In this document: positions 1-12,550 of the stretch, in pieces
How the letters are laid out: each line of letters starts with the position of its first letter
Numbering within the stretch: the first letter of the stretch is position 1
Assembly: GCA_965113315.1 (NCBI GenBank)
Contig: OZ220363.1
Length of the DNA: 64,000 nucleotides
Strand: one strand, 5' to 3'
DNA from: Podarcis vaucheri
Lineage: Eukaryota
Notes under the pieces: generated by a model
Database searches by the model: none
What the model was told of the DNA's origin: nothing
Seen by the model: the letters and a program-made list of their open reading frames with translations, nothing else
Translations under genes and position numbers: made by a program

Positions 1-1136
1 TGGGCATGAAGAAACAGCAGCCGCATAATGAATTTAATTTTAACTAAACCTCGTTGGAAGGGCGAGATATTGAAAAGCTGGAGGCAAAATGTCAACGCTT
101 TCACAATGTGTGCAGATGCCTTTGATACAGATTAACTGAAGACTACATCCCTTTTAAAATATTACATAAACTGTGGTCTCTCTACAAATGAAGCAAGTAC
201 ATGCTTAGATTATGGGTTTTACATAATAGGAGGCTGTATATGAAGTAGCAGTAATTATTCTACTGTGCAAGAAAATATTTCAGTACTTCACACTCAAAAC
301 ATTGTACAACATATTGCCAAAACAACACAGCAAACAACTGCAAAGGGTGGAAATGCAGAAAACTGTGGAGAACCAAACTGTTTCTTTGGAAATGTACAAG
401 CAAAAAACTGCCTTTCAGCTATTGGATTAATGTTAATAATCCAGGGCTTTGTGTTTCCTAAAGAAAAGCCACAAAAATCAGGTATTGTATCTTTAGCAAT
501 TGTAAACAAATGATTCAGCTTCAGTCACTTGAAGCTGGTTGACAGTGGATCTGAATCTTACTTCAGCATTGGGATAGTGTCTCTGCTGAAGCTGAGGGCA
601 GCCTGCTAGTTTAGGAGGTGCAAGGCAGGTCAGGTCACATCACACACTTATCTAGAAGTCAGGTCTATTGAACTCAATAGGACTTACTTCTGAGTAGGCA
701 TGCACAGGACTGCAGTACTAACAACACAGACATCTAAACATAATTTGCACTGGTGCTCTGGTTATATTAAATATGAATTTTATTTCTGATATGAACTTAA
801 AGAAAAGCTGTCAAATCTAGCCAGTTCATTCAAGCAGGCTTTTGAAACAAACATTGCAGATCACACTGGGATGGGACTGTGTTTGGCTGCTACTGCTAAG
901 TAGCAACCAAGGGGAAATGAAGCCCATACCCATATTGGCGGGGCAGTGTCAGGTGGCAGCAGAGACAAGGAGAAGCTATGACAACAACAGACATGGACCA
1001 ATGGCATCAGTAGGGCCGGCACAGAGCACTACTGGGCAGTCAGCACAAGACTAACTCTGACTGAGTTTCCTTCATCAGCTTGCAATGCCCATGAGTAGGG
1101 GCATGAGGTACCCCTCAACCTCATCCTTTTTCAACA

Positions 1137-1608
1137 ATGGTAGGTAAGTAGTACCTGACTGCACTAACTGGCTATATCTGTAATTGATCATTTATAGTTA
1201 AGGATGGTAGGTAAGTAGTACCTGACTGCACTAACTGGCTATATCTGTAATTGATCATTTATAGTTAAGGATGGTAGGTAAGTAGTACCTGACTGCACTA
1301 ACTGGCTATATCTGTAATTGATCATTTATAGTTAAGGATGGTAGGTAAGTAGTACCTGACTGCACTAACTGGCTATATCTGTAATTGATCATTTATAGTT
1401 AAGGATGGTAGGTAAGTAGTACCTGACTGCACTAACTGGCTATATCTGTAATTGATCATTTATAGTTAAGGATGGTAGGTAAGTAGTACCTGACTGCACT
1501 AACTGGCTATATCTGTAATTGATCATTTATAGTTAAGGATGGTAGGTAAGTAGTACCTGACTGCACTAACTGGCTATACCTGTAATTGATCATTTATAGT
1601 TAAGGATG
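1137..1608. repeat. Minisatellite, 7 x 67 bp
   Basis: Unit ATGGTAGGTAAGTAGTACCTGACTGCACTAACTGGCTATATCTGTAATTGATCATTTATAGTTAAGG starts at 1137, 1204, 1271, 1338, 1405, 1472, 1539; one substitution seen, in copy 7. Confidence 0.98.
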
Positions 1609-2207
1609 ATGTTCTTAAGATAAACATAATTTGTGATTTAGAAATGGGCCGACAAAGAATTTACCTGCTGTCAGAAACGTATTTTGCAAAGTGGAGTTGC
1701 TTAAGTTAAAAACATCCATATATCCACAATTGTCTTGATGACTGCTCCATCAAGGCTTTAAATCACTTCCTCCAGAGTCCAACATACATCAGTCCAATTC
1801 TGGAATATGCTGCTGAGCTTTCCAAGCTTATGCATATAGATTGCAATTCTGTGCATAGTTACTGATGCATGTCCCATGGGAGAAAATAAAACTTACAGAC
1901 TCGTAATATAGGGTAGGGTGAGATTACATCTTTTACCATGTGTTCTTAAAGCTATTACTCCAGCATACTCCATGTTTAAATAGCATGGAGTGAAACTGCA
2001 GGTATCGGGAGTGGCACAAATCCTGAACTCATGCAAGGCATCTTTCTTTGCATCTAAGTCACTGCGTCGTAAGCAAACTTGCCCTGAATTTCATGCTCAT
2101 CAATAAATTTACATGAGTGTACAATTTATTGGGGGAAATACAGAATGGATTAGAATGTACTTTCCACAGCAAACCTTCTCAACATTCACACTCAACATTC
2201 TTTGTAC

Positions 2208-2257
2208 CTTGCGAATTGTGGGAAATTTTCCTTCATACCGATAAAACCACCCAAAAG
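2208..2257 (-). CDS. USH1C: Harmonin exon 16, first isoform-b exon (FGWFYRYEGKFPTIRK)
   Basis: 50 nt, TAG/GTAC, phase 1->0; almost identical to harmonin-b SFGWFYRYDGKFPTIRK. Confidence 0.95.
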
Positions 2258-3726
2258 CTATAAATAGTTAAAGGAGAAATATATAACAGAGAGCAATATA
2301 TTACAGATATACAGTACAAAAAGGTAGAGGTATGCAGCTGTTTAAAAGGGGGGAGGGAGGCACTCCAATGGTATCACACATTGTAGAGAATGCAGTATCT
2401 TAGCCACACTTTTATTTTAACTTTGAACTAGCTATTGATCACAAATAATAGCACTCCATTATTTTTCACCGTTCTACTTATTTATACAATATTTTGGCTC
2501 AAGTGCCTCAATCTAGTGAACACAATGCAAGGGTTCAGAAGTGCACATGACGCTACCCACTTTCAAAATTTCACTGCTCATCTCAATAGAGAACACAATT
2601 GTTTAGAGCTGTGTGAACAAGGAAACACAAACACACAGGAGCTTTGTGCCCATTGAGAGTTCTATTAAACATTATTCACACTCAGAGTAGGCACATTAAA
2701 ATTAATGGCTATAGCTAATTTGGGCCCATTAATTTCAATTGGTGTACTCTGAGTAGAATTTAGTTCAATATAAACCAAAGCCCTGAACCCAAGTATAAAT
2801 AAAAGCCCACAATGATTTGATGGTTGTTTCACGACATGAAACTTTCTGTAAATAGGAATAATTAAGCTACATTTTTTCAATAAAAATAGTGCGCAATAAT
2901 AATGCAAAGTGTGCAAATTGAAATAGTTATATGCCTACTGAAACAACACAATTCTGTTCATATAGTCACTATATATATTGCAGATTTCTCTAGCAATTAA
3001 CTGCAATTTATGTAATGAATTTTAGCAGCTAGCCAGTTTTACTTTCACTGGTTCTAGATCAGCTCAACACCAGCTACACTAATTTTTGTTGTGTTTAAAT
3101 ATTGTACGCACACACACACGATCACAGTGGCATCTGTTCCCCTTTCTTTTAGACATCCAGATAACCAACAGCCAAGGATGTTAGTTAAGAATGCAATTTC
3201 CCTTTTATTTTTCTTCTTTGCCCAGAAAAGCTTATAACATTCAAAAGCTGTTAGACAAATTTACTGAATCAGAATTAATTTAACTATTTCATTTTTATGA
3301 ATTCTGTTTTGCTGATTCTATAGGCTTTACATCCTGATGTACTGTGGTCAATGAACATTTAGCGAAAATGTAACAGGCTAGTTTCTTAGCTTACTCTGGT
3401 TTCTCACAGCATGAGTTGAGCCACCCCCAGAACACTGTTCTAGTTTCCTGTGTTAGAAAACAGGACCCATAAAAAATCCGTTGCTGGGCGAATCCAGTAT
3501 TATTTCCTGTCTTGCTCAAAGATCATGCACGACATTCCTTACTTGCTCCATATTTATATATACGTGTCTAGCATAGCAAGTTAATATAAGTAGTGTCCCT
3601 AAGAAGATAATTGTGGGATAAGGAAGACAAGTGTAGGCCAGTCCATCATTAAGACTGACTGTCAGGAGGAAGAGGAGTGCAGGAAGCATCAAAGTCAAGA
3701 TAGGAAGCCAAGGTGTTACAGCAAAC

Positions 3727-3803
3727 CTGTTGACTCTCTTTCGACTTCATTCCAGCCATATCACCTGCTGCAGAATTGTCAAGTGCAGTTTCATCTACAT
3801 CTA
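3727..3803 (-). CDS. USH1C: Harmonin exon 15, probable isoform-a exon (xDVDETALDNSAAGDMAGMKSKESQQ)
   Basis: Long pyrimidine tract with TAGTAG acceptor (77 or 74 nt), CAG|GTTTG donor, phase 1->0; acidic composition and position match the mammalian class-a exon, but sequence similarity is weak. Confidence 0.72.
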
Positions 3804-4577
3804 CTAGAGAAACAGAGGAAGAAAGAAACAGAGGGGGAAAAGAAATGATAATACTTTGGGTGTTCCACACCGCCAATGAATTGGAAAGAATTGACACAAA
3901 GGGAGAGTCCCTGAAGAAGTTAAGCATGTTTTCTTCTGATTTAATTTTTGAGGAAGCTGAAGAAGCTTTCAATAGCTAAAGAAGAGAAGGGACTTACTGA
4001 TAACTGACATCTCTGTATCATCCCATCTCATGTTTTAATTCATCAAGGCAGTGGAGGATTAAATTCAGTGCAAGTCACTTCCTTGTTCTCTCCATCCCTA
4101 GCCTTAGAGATACTACGCTAGTATTGGAAACTGTAATCAGTATAATGAAATTGTGAGAGAAGAGTGGTCTCTTTACAAGTGCTATTTTGGAACACATATA
4201 CCTAAATAGAGCTGAACAGAGACAGCTACACTGGTGTAATATGGAAGGAGAGCTGTGGCGGATTCATATAATGGAGCAAGCTGATTGATTCACTGGCTAT
4301 ATATTTGACAATCAGATGAACTCTATGGTTCAAGCAAGAACACTTATTTTTAAACACATATTCTATTCAAAAGGGACTGGGCATTATAGTGCTGTTTTGC
4401 AAACGAACCCCCTATTTCTGGACTCTGAAGGATTGGGCAGAAAGGATTCTGCAATGCTATTCTAGAATGAATTGAAATGCCATCCATCCATCCATCCATT
4501 ACAGCCAGAAGCCACAACACAGCAGTGAAAATGATTCTATAATGATTCTGACTGTCAAAACAGTCAGGCAACCAGAA

Positions 4578-4826
4578 CAGTCATACCTTGGAAGTAAAAC
4601 AGAATCCGTTCCAGAAGTCTGTTCGACTTCCGAAACGTTCAGAAACCAAAGCGCGGCTTCTGATTGGTTGCAGGAGCTTCCTGCAGCCAACGGAAGCCGC
4701 GGAAGCCCTGTTAGATGTTCGGCTTCCAAAAATAGCTCGCAAACTTGAACAGTCACTTCTGGGTTTGCAGCGTTCGGGAGCCAAAACGTTCGAGAACTAA
4801 GCTGTTCGAAAACCAAGGTACAACTG
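4578..4826. mobile_element. Non-autonomous Tc1/mariner-type MITE
   Basis: TIRs CAGTCATACCTTGG ... CCAAGGTACAACTG; TA on the right flank; CpG-rich interior. Confidence 0.75.
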
Positions 4827-5118
4827 TACTGATCTCTTGGAACTAATCCTTGTTTTGATGTGTTGTGTGGAACTGAATTCTACTTTTTCTTCCTCAGTTC
4901 ATTTTTATCTTCCTTCTTATTAAAAGCGCCCCTGAAACTGTAACACTTAATCAAGTTAATAGAAAGAGGAAAAGAATCAATGACTACACCAGGCACTCAT
5001 TTCCACAGCCCAAAGGCATTAGCTTCTCACCAAGCAGATGTTTTGTGAGAAATACAGAGTAGTAAGTTGTAGTTAATGATCTTCTAACATTGTCTTGGAT
5101 GAATATTTTTTTACTTAC

Positions 5119-5243
5119 TTCGATGTTTATGATGAGGAGGCCTATGCACTTCTGCAACTACAGTTTTGGAAGGCTTTGATTGCTCTTTAGGACCCCAGTC
5201 TTCTTCCCATTGCTTTTTAAATTTCTCCTCTTCTGCCTTTATC
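5119..5243 (-). CDS. USH1C: Harmonin exon 14 ([41 protein letters not shown])
   Basis: 125 nt, CAG/GTAAG, phase 2->1; [14 protein letters not shown] motif. Confidence 0.96.
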
Positions 5244-7484
5244 CTGAAAAGGAGTATAAAGTATTCAGTTGGATTTCTTTTTTTAAATGGAGGCTGACTG
5301 GCCCAGTTCACATGTACGACTAAGCATAGCTGAGCAAGAGTGTGGCACACATGGCAAAAAACATGGCCACTTCCCTTCTCCACTTAGTCCTACTACACTA
5401 CCTGAAGCGAAACCATAGTTTTATTTATCATTATGTGTGAACCCAGCTTAGTGTTTCATCTCCTCTAAACAAACCTCCAGTGGTAAGCAAAAAAACACTT
5501 TCAGTTCATGGTTTGTTTGAAGCAAGACAAACCATGAGCCTAGGTTTCCATGCAATAGTAGCCCAAACCATGGCTTAGTTATAAGCAGTGCACAGTAGGA
5601 CCACAGGAGGAGTGAAGCAACCATGATTTTTGCTCTGGGTACCAGCATGCTTTCTTGCTGACACTAAGCCATAGTTTGGCTTAGTTTTACATGGGAACAC
5701 TTGAGTTTGCTTATTTTATCTTTCATCACTTACACTTTAAAAATATCCAGACCTTTCAACTGCATATTAAAATGAAGTGTGAGTCAGCCAAAGTTAAGTA
5801 CTCTGAAATCCTATTTATTTCAGCTGAAGAAATGAGTTTTTTCCATTGAAATAAATGTAGCTAAAAAAATTATAACTTTGGCTAGATCTAGTGTTGCTAC
5901 TGAACAAAAAATAATCACCCTAGTCTTTTACTTTTGGGCCAGCTTCTGGAACCCAGTTACCTCATATTTTTACGTTGTATACCAGATATGAGAGACCCGT
6001 AGTCCTGTATATGTCTGTTGGGCTTTAGTTCCCATCAGTATCTGCCAGCATGGCCAAAGGTAAGGGATGAAATGAAATGTAATTCACAAAACATCTGGAG
6101 GATCACCGATTCCCCATTCCTGCTGTACATTTTAGGATCTCCTGGACCAACTCCAGTGACATGAGTCCAAGCCCTGGAACCACTTAAAAATAAAGCCCCA
6201 ACTGCTGCACAAGTGTTACATGCACACATAAAAACCAATTTTTCAGATCTCTTAAAATGCAAAAGCAACAGGAGGAGAAGAATGACACGGTGCAAACTAA
6301 TACACTCTTAACACTACAAAATGGTATAGGTAAGGCAATAATTACATAACTTTAGCAAGCCTGACCATGAGTTTCATCATGATTTTGAGATGGTTAATAT
6401 CTCAACCTGCTCATAATTTATGGGGGAAATGCACAAGAAAGAGCCATAGAGCCTCATGCTCTATGTTTTTGTTTGTTTGTTTACTTTAGGAACTGGAGTT
6501 AGAACAGGATCCAAATATTTAAGTATCTCAGCTTAGAATGAGCAATGTGAGTGAAGTGCACCAGCACATTTGCTTCCAGCAAAGCTTCCAGTTAATCTTT
6601 TGGCACCACCCCTAGTTCCCATGCCCTACTGTAACTTAGTCTGTAAGACCCAAGTCACATGCAGCTGAAACAGCTGCATATTCCTTCCCAGTTTACCCCA
6701 CCTCTACTATCTTCCACCTCCTCTGTTGTTTTCCTCTGTGCTAAATTTCAGACTGTAAACACCATGTGGCAGGTTAATTACCATGGAGCCCTGCCCTCTA
6801 TATAATCTGATATGTAAACAAGCAAACAATAAAGCTGGCACGTAAGTTAAACATGGATTAAATCCATGATCCAGTGATCTGAATGGAATTGTCTTGTCAG
6901 GTGGTACTAAGCCTCTACACTATCTTCCCAACAGGGAGTCAATGTTGCATACTGGGAGGGGGAGAAGAGAGGCAACAGGAAGACCCCAGCAATCCTGCTG
7001 GGGTATTTACATTGTACCAACCTCCCCACCACCTTCACTTCCCTACTGCTGAACCTCAGCATTTGGGACACGATCATTCCCATGGTACCCTAACTGGCAA
7101 TAGAGCCCATTATTCAGCCAGGTTTTTTCATAGCTCCTGAGATTAGTTAGGATTTCATGCACGATCTCGTTTTCAGGCGAGCTGATGCAGGCATTTGCCA
7201 CACAGAAGGGCAACAGTGTAGATCAGTTGGAAGGATTTGTAGTCAAGGATCTGTAGACTGCTGTACATGCTTCATGGAAAGCAATGTGTAAAGTGAACAT
7301 GTAGCAAGTGCAATGCGTTTTATCACCACAACAGTATATATGTGTTTTCCTCAGACAGATTTTGAGGTTCCATTGGCAAATGGGATTTATTTTGGATTTA
7401 AGCTATTTTATTGGACTTTCATATTTCTTTCCTAATGCCATTGCTAATTACTTTGGGCCTTAGGTGTGGGAAGGTGAGGCATTC

Positions 7485-7529
7485 AAACAAACAAACAAAC
7501 AAACAAACAAACAAACAAACAAACAAACA
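7485..7529. repeat. (AAAC)n microsatellite
   Basis: About 11 perfect units; another (AAAC)n at about 49135-49168. Confidence 0.95.
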
Positions 7530-7968
7530 GTTATGGACATATGGATGCCTCAATAATTTGAGACTGAAAGAAATTTAAAACTGAGAGTCAAGCTGCAAAT
7601 TCAGAAATAGCACCTGGTACTGGCTTTCTTGTGCTGCACCACTTTGGATTGCAGGCAGAAGGAGTGCATGGCAATACAGCCCTTGCCAGTGTCAAGGGGA
7701 AGCATTCTAGGGAAGACTTCTCCCTCACATACTGGTTTTCTGTGTGCAGGGAGCTTTTATACAGGGGAGGACACGTGATTTATCCTTCTGCAATCTGAAG
7801 TGGTGCAGGGTAGGGGGCTTTGACAGGGGGGTGGAATGACAATGCATCTATCCTGCTTCACCCTTTCCCCAAACCATAGAATCCTTTTTAAAAAGGAATC
7901 ATAGAGGGAAAATAACCAAATGCAGGTGTGTGCGTGTGGGAAAGAAATGAACTAAGAGATAACTTAAC

Positions 7969-8034
7969 TGTTCAATTTCTTTACGGTATCTTTCCTCCTC
8001 CTCTGCAGCTTTTTGTGCAATCTCCATTTTTCGC
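7969..8034 (-). CDS. USH1C: Harmonin exon 13, coiled coil (RKMEIAQKAAEEEERYRKEIE)
   Basis: 66 nt, TAG acceptor, GTTAAG donor, phase 2->2. Confidence 0.94.
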
Positions 8035-8129
8035 CTACAGAAAAAGGGGAAACAATTTGGAGTTTTTAACCTAACTACAGTATATGGAAAAATAATTTTG
8101 ATGAAGAAAATGCTTTTGATCAGCTAAAC

Positions 8130-8266
8130 CAGGCACAGGCAAACTCGGCCCTCCAGATGTTTTGGGACTACAATTCCCATCATCCCTGACCCACTGGTCC
8201 TGTTAGCTAGAGATGATGGGAGTTGTAGACCCAAAACATCTGGAGGGCTGAGTTTGACTATGCCTA
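8130..8266. mobile_element. hAT-type palindromic MITE (same family as 41175)
   Basis: CCCTCCAGATGTTTTGGGACTACAA ... CATCTGGAGGG; degenerate 8-bp TSD AGCTAAAC/AACTAGAC. Confidence 0.85.
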
Positions 8267-9286
8267 AACTAGACCTATCTAGCTCATCAGACATAAATGG
8301 TGGCCCACCAGCATTTTACTAAGCTTCTTGCTTTGGTTGCCTGCCTGAAACTGCAAGAACAGGGGAACCAACATGCATAGACCAGACTGTGTACAGTCTG
8401 ATGAGTCACAAATTCAGCAGCCTTCTTTGGTACCCTCTGACACTGCTTTCCACCACAAATATTTAATAAGCATGGGAAGCTCCAAGCACGTACTCAAATA
8501 TGAGATGCGTACATGGGAACTGCGAGATTTCCTGATTTCCCCCCGGCATCTCTCAACAATGTTGCCACCCTAATGTTAGGCTCATATCCTGTCTTGCAAA
8601 AGTAGTTAGGGCTGCCTGTAGTATGACTGATCAAGACTGCAGTCTGGGCTTTATTCATCAAAATGTTGAATTTCACATGAAAAAATCTTGTGAAAGTTGT
8701 TGAAGATACATTGGAAACAAGGTGGGGAGGGAGGAATAAGGAACAAGGGTGGGAGGACACCTGCAGCGCCTCCTATTTGCCAAGAGGGGTAGCGGCTGCA
8801 GAGGAGGTGACAGATCCTTCATCCAAGGTGTACACTGCACCTGTTGTTGCCATCATGATGGCAGCAGCAGGCGATGCCTTCCTTGGAAGCTGGATCTGCT
8901 GTCCCTGTGGATCCTGCCACCTGAGACGGCAGCCTCACCTTGCCTCATGGGTTGGCTGGCCCTGTGTATTGCTTTGTAAATCAGGACACATACTGGTAAT
9001 TGAAGTTGTTGGGTCCCCCCCCCCACAAAGGCTATGTTATGCTTTTTTTGCATTTAACGCCACACTGTTCAACATCAAATTTCCTATCTACCAGCTGCCA
9101 AGAAATCTAATGTACTACCCAGAAGCCACAACAATCTCAATTGAGAATGATAGTCACGGCAGTGCCCTGAGGCCTCCAGAAGAAGGCAAAGTTAGTTAAG
9201 AAGCTTCCTACACATGATAAGCCTCAGCACTAGCACATTTACGCCACAGTTAATTTAGTAAACCTGATGCATCCCCAATATCTTAC

Positions 9287-9429
9287 AATTTCTCCTTTTC
9301 TTGCTGTTCTTTCAGGATCTTATTGGTCTCCAGTGCAAGCCTCTTCTGGCGCATCAGTTCTTGCCGCTCCAACTCACGGCTAGTCTCTTCCCTCTGCTTC
9401 TCATCTTCAGTCATAAACAGCTCCTTTCC
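9287..9429 (-). CDS. USH1C: Harmonin exon 12, coiled coil ([47 protein letters not shown])
   Basis: 143 nt, TAG/GTAAG, phase 0->2. Confidence 0.96.
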
Positions 9430-10751
9430 CTAAATATTATTTCAAATCCCTGTTAATTAAGTTTTGTTAGCAAATTTGTATAGAATTCTCCCTTTTAAGA
9501 TCTGCCAGGTAATACACATTGACAATACCTTTTCCCCTAGGCAATGAAAATTGTTGCTTTTATCTAGAAGATGTATAAAAAAGAGCTATTGTAGTTATTG
9601 ATTGGTAATAAATTTTACAAATTAGATTTGTAAATCTTATAAATAAGATCTCTCTCTCATCTATCTCTATCATCTATCTATCTAGCCATCAGTAGGAATG
9701 TAAAACCTCTTTTAAGTGAATACAAAATGTTGCAAAATTTTCAATTTTCTGAGTTCTTTTTTTTGGAGGGGTTTTCATTACAAGAAATATGAAATTCACA
9801 TTATTAGTGTGAAACTCAGATTTATATATGTCTGATTATAAGTCTATTTTAGATACATGAAATGCCATGCTTTTTCACTTTAGCTTTGTGCTTGACACTG
9901 TCATGTGTATACAGTATTTCAGAAGTGGTAGCCTCACCTCTATCTTCTTGTAACTGCATATTTTCACACTGAATGGTGTGTCTATAGCATCAAGAGGTGT
10001 TATGCCTAGCTGGTTATACAAGCATTCTGACTGTGTTGTGAGGGGAATGGGAAGGTATTTTAGGAACTAGGTTAGTCACACTGCTATCTTATTTTCCCCC
10101 TTTATTCATTTGAAAGAATGGGTCAAAAATTGTCACTGAAAATCAGTCTAAGCACAGTGTCATGATTGATGGGATACTACCTTGAAAGATGATTAATGTT
10201 AGTGAAATTGATTAAGTCACTTGGAGAGCTGTGTACCCTTGTGGGCTGTGGTGCAGATGCACTGCATTCATACCTGATCATTGTAACAAACAGGCAATGT
10301 CTTGTTTGGCTATATATAGAAGACAATTTTTCATGGCTGCTTTCCCTGTGGTTCCATGTGCAGGAGTAAATGAGAACTATGGGGTAAATATGTTGCCCCC
10401 TGGAAGGATTTCTAACTCTCCCTTGAACATTCAAGGCTTATTTGAGGTTCTAAAATATTTTCACATGCCACAAAATGAACAAAACAATATGCACAACAAA
10501 ATACAACCAGTTCAGAGGAACTGATCAGTGAACTGCTGATGTCTCTAAAAGATGACATTCAGATGTTCAGAAATTACTTAAACTACTTAAGCCCCAAACA
10601 ATCAATTTGAATCTAGATTATCCTGGATTTGAGTATATGTCTCCCATCCCCGGTTTCTGGCTAGCATATGTACTTTGAGAACCAGTGTGAATACAGTGGT
10701 TTTCTAGATTTTCACAGGGTCTTTGCTGATTACGATGACATTCATACTTAC

Positions 10752-10808
10752 GGCTCCAGTTACAACCGTGATAGTCAGGGTTTGGCTGCTTTTCAACACC
10801 TTCACAGC
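10752..10808 (-). CDS. USH1C: Harmonin exon 11, PDZ2 end (AVKVLKSSQTLTITVVTGA)
   Basis: 57 nt, TTTTTCAG/GTAAGT, phase 0->0. Confidence 0.95.
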
Positions 10809-11144
10809 CTGAAAAAATGGTGGGGTGGGGGAGAGGAAAGGATAATATATTTATATGCATGTCTTTGTCCAGCTGCAAAGGTGTACACAGCACAACTACA
10901 GTGGCACCCTCTCCATCTGGTAATGATGCTGACTGAATCTCATTCTAAGAGCAGGACAGTTAAAACAATGCAGATGACTTTGTAGTGACAGCAGTGTCTG
11001 GATTCAAACATTTTAAACTATACTCCAATATTTGTTGGCTGAATCCTAAAAATCTGAGAGTTGTGAAACAGATTGATTTAAAAGTTAGTGTAAGGTGTCC
11101 ATTTTCAGTTTATGAGAATAGGACAACTTGGCCCTTTTCATTAC

Positions 11145-11204
11145 CTCTTTGTGATCCACATTAGAAAAGTCCATTCCATTTACTTCAACGATCTGATCAC
11201 CAAC
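11145..11204 (-). CDS. USH1C: Harmonin exon 10, PDZ2 (VGDQIVEVNGMDFSNVDHKE)
   Basis: 60 nt, CAG/GTAAT, phase 0->0. Confidence 0.96.
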
Positions 11205-11744
11205 CTGAAAGCAAGGAAACAAACCAAATACTTGAAACTTCAGCAGAGTTCTCACACAGACTTCAGTTCTCAAACCAGTTGTTTCAGAAAAGTGAATAAG
11301 ATGAGGCCACTTCAAAACAACTAATTTGAAGATTAAGGTAAACATTGGGATATTTTTAAGCTTTCAATCTTATTGAATTTATTCACTTTGCTTTGGTGTC
11401 TGGAAGACACCACTGATTTTGTTTCCTTTAACATGGCCATTTCAACATAAGACCTGTCATGGACAATAACCAGTGCTGTCCCCTCTGTTGATGGGAGGCA
11501 TCCATCCATAGTACAGGGAGGATGGCAATTCTTGGTTGTTCTCGTTTTGTTGCAGACTTCTGTATGTCCCAAATTCTGCCCTGGAGGACTGAAACACACT
11601 CTGGAGTAGATTGAAGATGTGAGGACAATAGAGAACTCTCAAAATTTCTTCCCTCCCCTTTCATCCAATAGATGCCTTCTGTTGGCAGAGGGGACAGCAT
11701 GGGGCTATCATAGAACCAGATGGTTTCATCAACATTACACTTAC

Positions 11745-11829
11745 CTCTAACCCTACTTCTGCAGACAGAGAATGTGGTTTAACATTACTTATGAAAATGC
11801 CTGGTTTTTGTGTTGGACCACTGGAAATG
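11745..11829 (-). CDS. USH1C: Harmonin exon 9, PDZ2 ([28 protein letters not shown])
   Basis: 85 nt, CAG/GTAAG, phase 2->0. Confidence 0.96.
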
Positions 11830-12446
11830 CTGGAATAAACAATGAAAACAAAACGACATTACGCAATGGAATAATGCAAGTAAACAATCATGGTCAAATA
11901 ACCAAGTACTGTAAATAACTTGGTTACTTTCAGATTGATGAGAACACATTGGATCAGAGGTACAGCAATTGTACCTCGTTTAAGCTCTATTGGTGCCATA
12001 GGATCTGTAACAACCCACTAACACTAATATTCTATCACAGTCAACACTGTTGCACAATTAGACATGGCACAACTTTTCTCAGCATGCCAAAGAAGTACTG
12101 TATAAAAGAAATCGAGTCATATCTTAGTCCATATGAGAAGAGGATAGAATCAATTGATTTTGCAACCTCATTAATTATTGGTAATGAGCAATTCTTTGCA
12201 CAGTAATTCAGTAAAGAGACGCCGATCGTCAGTACACATTACCCAAAGATGAAAAGAGTTGCAGCTTTGACCAATAATGGACAAGTGATGTGTGCAGCAG
12301 CTTATATCTGGTTCTGAACACTATCATTTGCATAAATATATTTAACTTAAGATCCAGTCACAGTTAAACCCTTCTTAATTTTGGCTAGATCACATCCATT
12401 ATATTTTCCAGATGAAATGAGTGATGAGAAATAAATGGCAGCTCAC

Positions 12447-12550
12447 CTGCATCCCATGCCCTTTGTACCAATCAAGCTAATGAAAACTTTCTTTTCTTTG
12501 TGGTTTTTTCCTCCAGATGATGCAAGACCTGCAACACTGCTTTTACCTTC
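12447..12550 (-). CDS. USH1C: Harmonin exon 8, PDZ2 start (EGKSSVAGLASSGGKNHKEKKVFISLIGTKGMGC)
   Basis: 104 nt, TAG/GTGAG, phase 0->2; KEKKVFISL motif. Confidence 0.95.

Noticed and set aside
1137-1608. CRISPR-like array
   Set aside because: Units are head-to-tail and identical, with no variable spacers, no cas genes, and a vertebrate intron context.
1-2207. Further USH1C isoform-b exons (KGKDKKK.../PST region)
   Set aside because: I could not find matching exon sequence; they presumably lie beyond the left edge of the window.
8690-9199. 169-aa plus-strand ORF in USH1C intron 12
   Set aside because: GTG start, no recognisable domain and no splice context; probably old repeat sequence.
10180-10240. 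Look-alike for USH1C exon 11 (SLTLIIFQ)
   Set aside because: In-frame stop just upstream and wrong phase; the true exon is 10752-10808.
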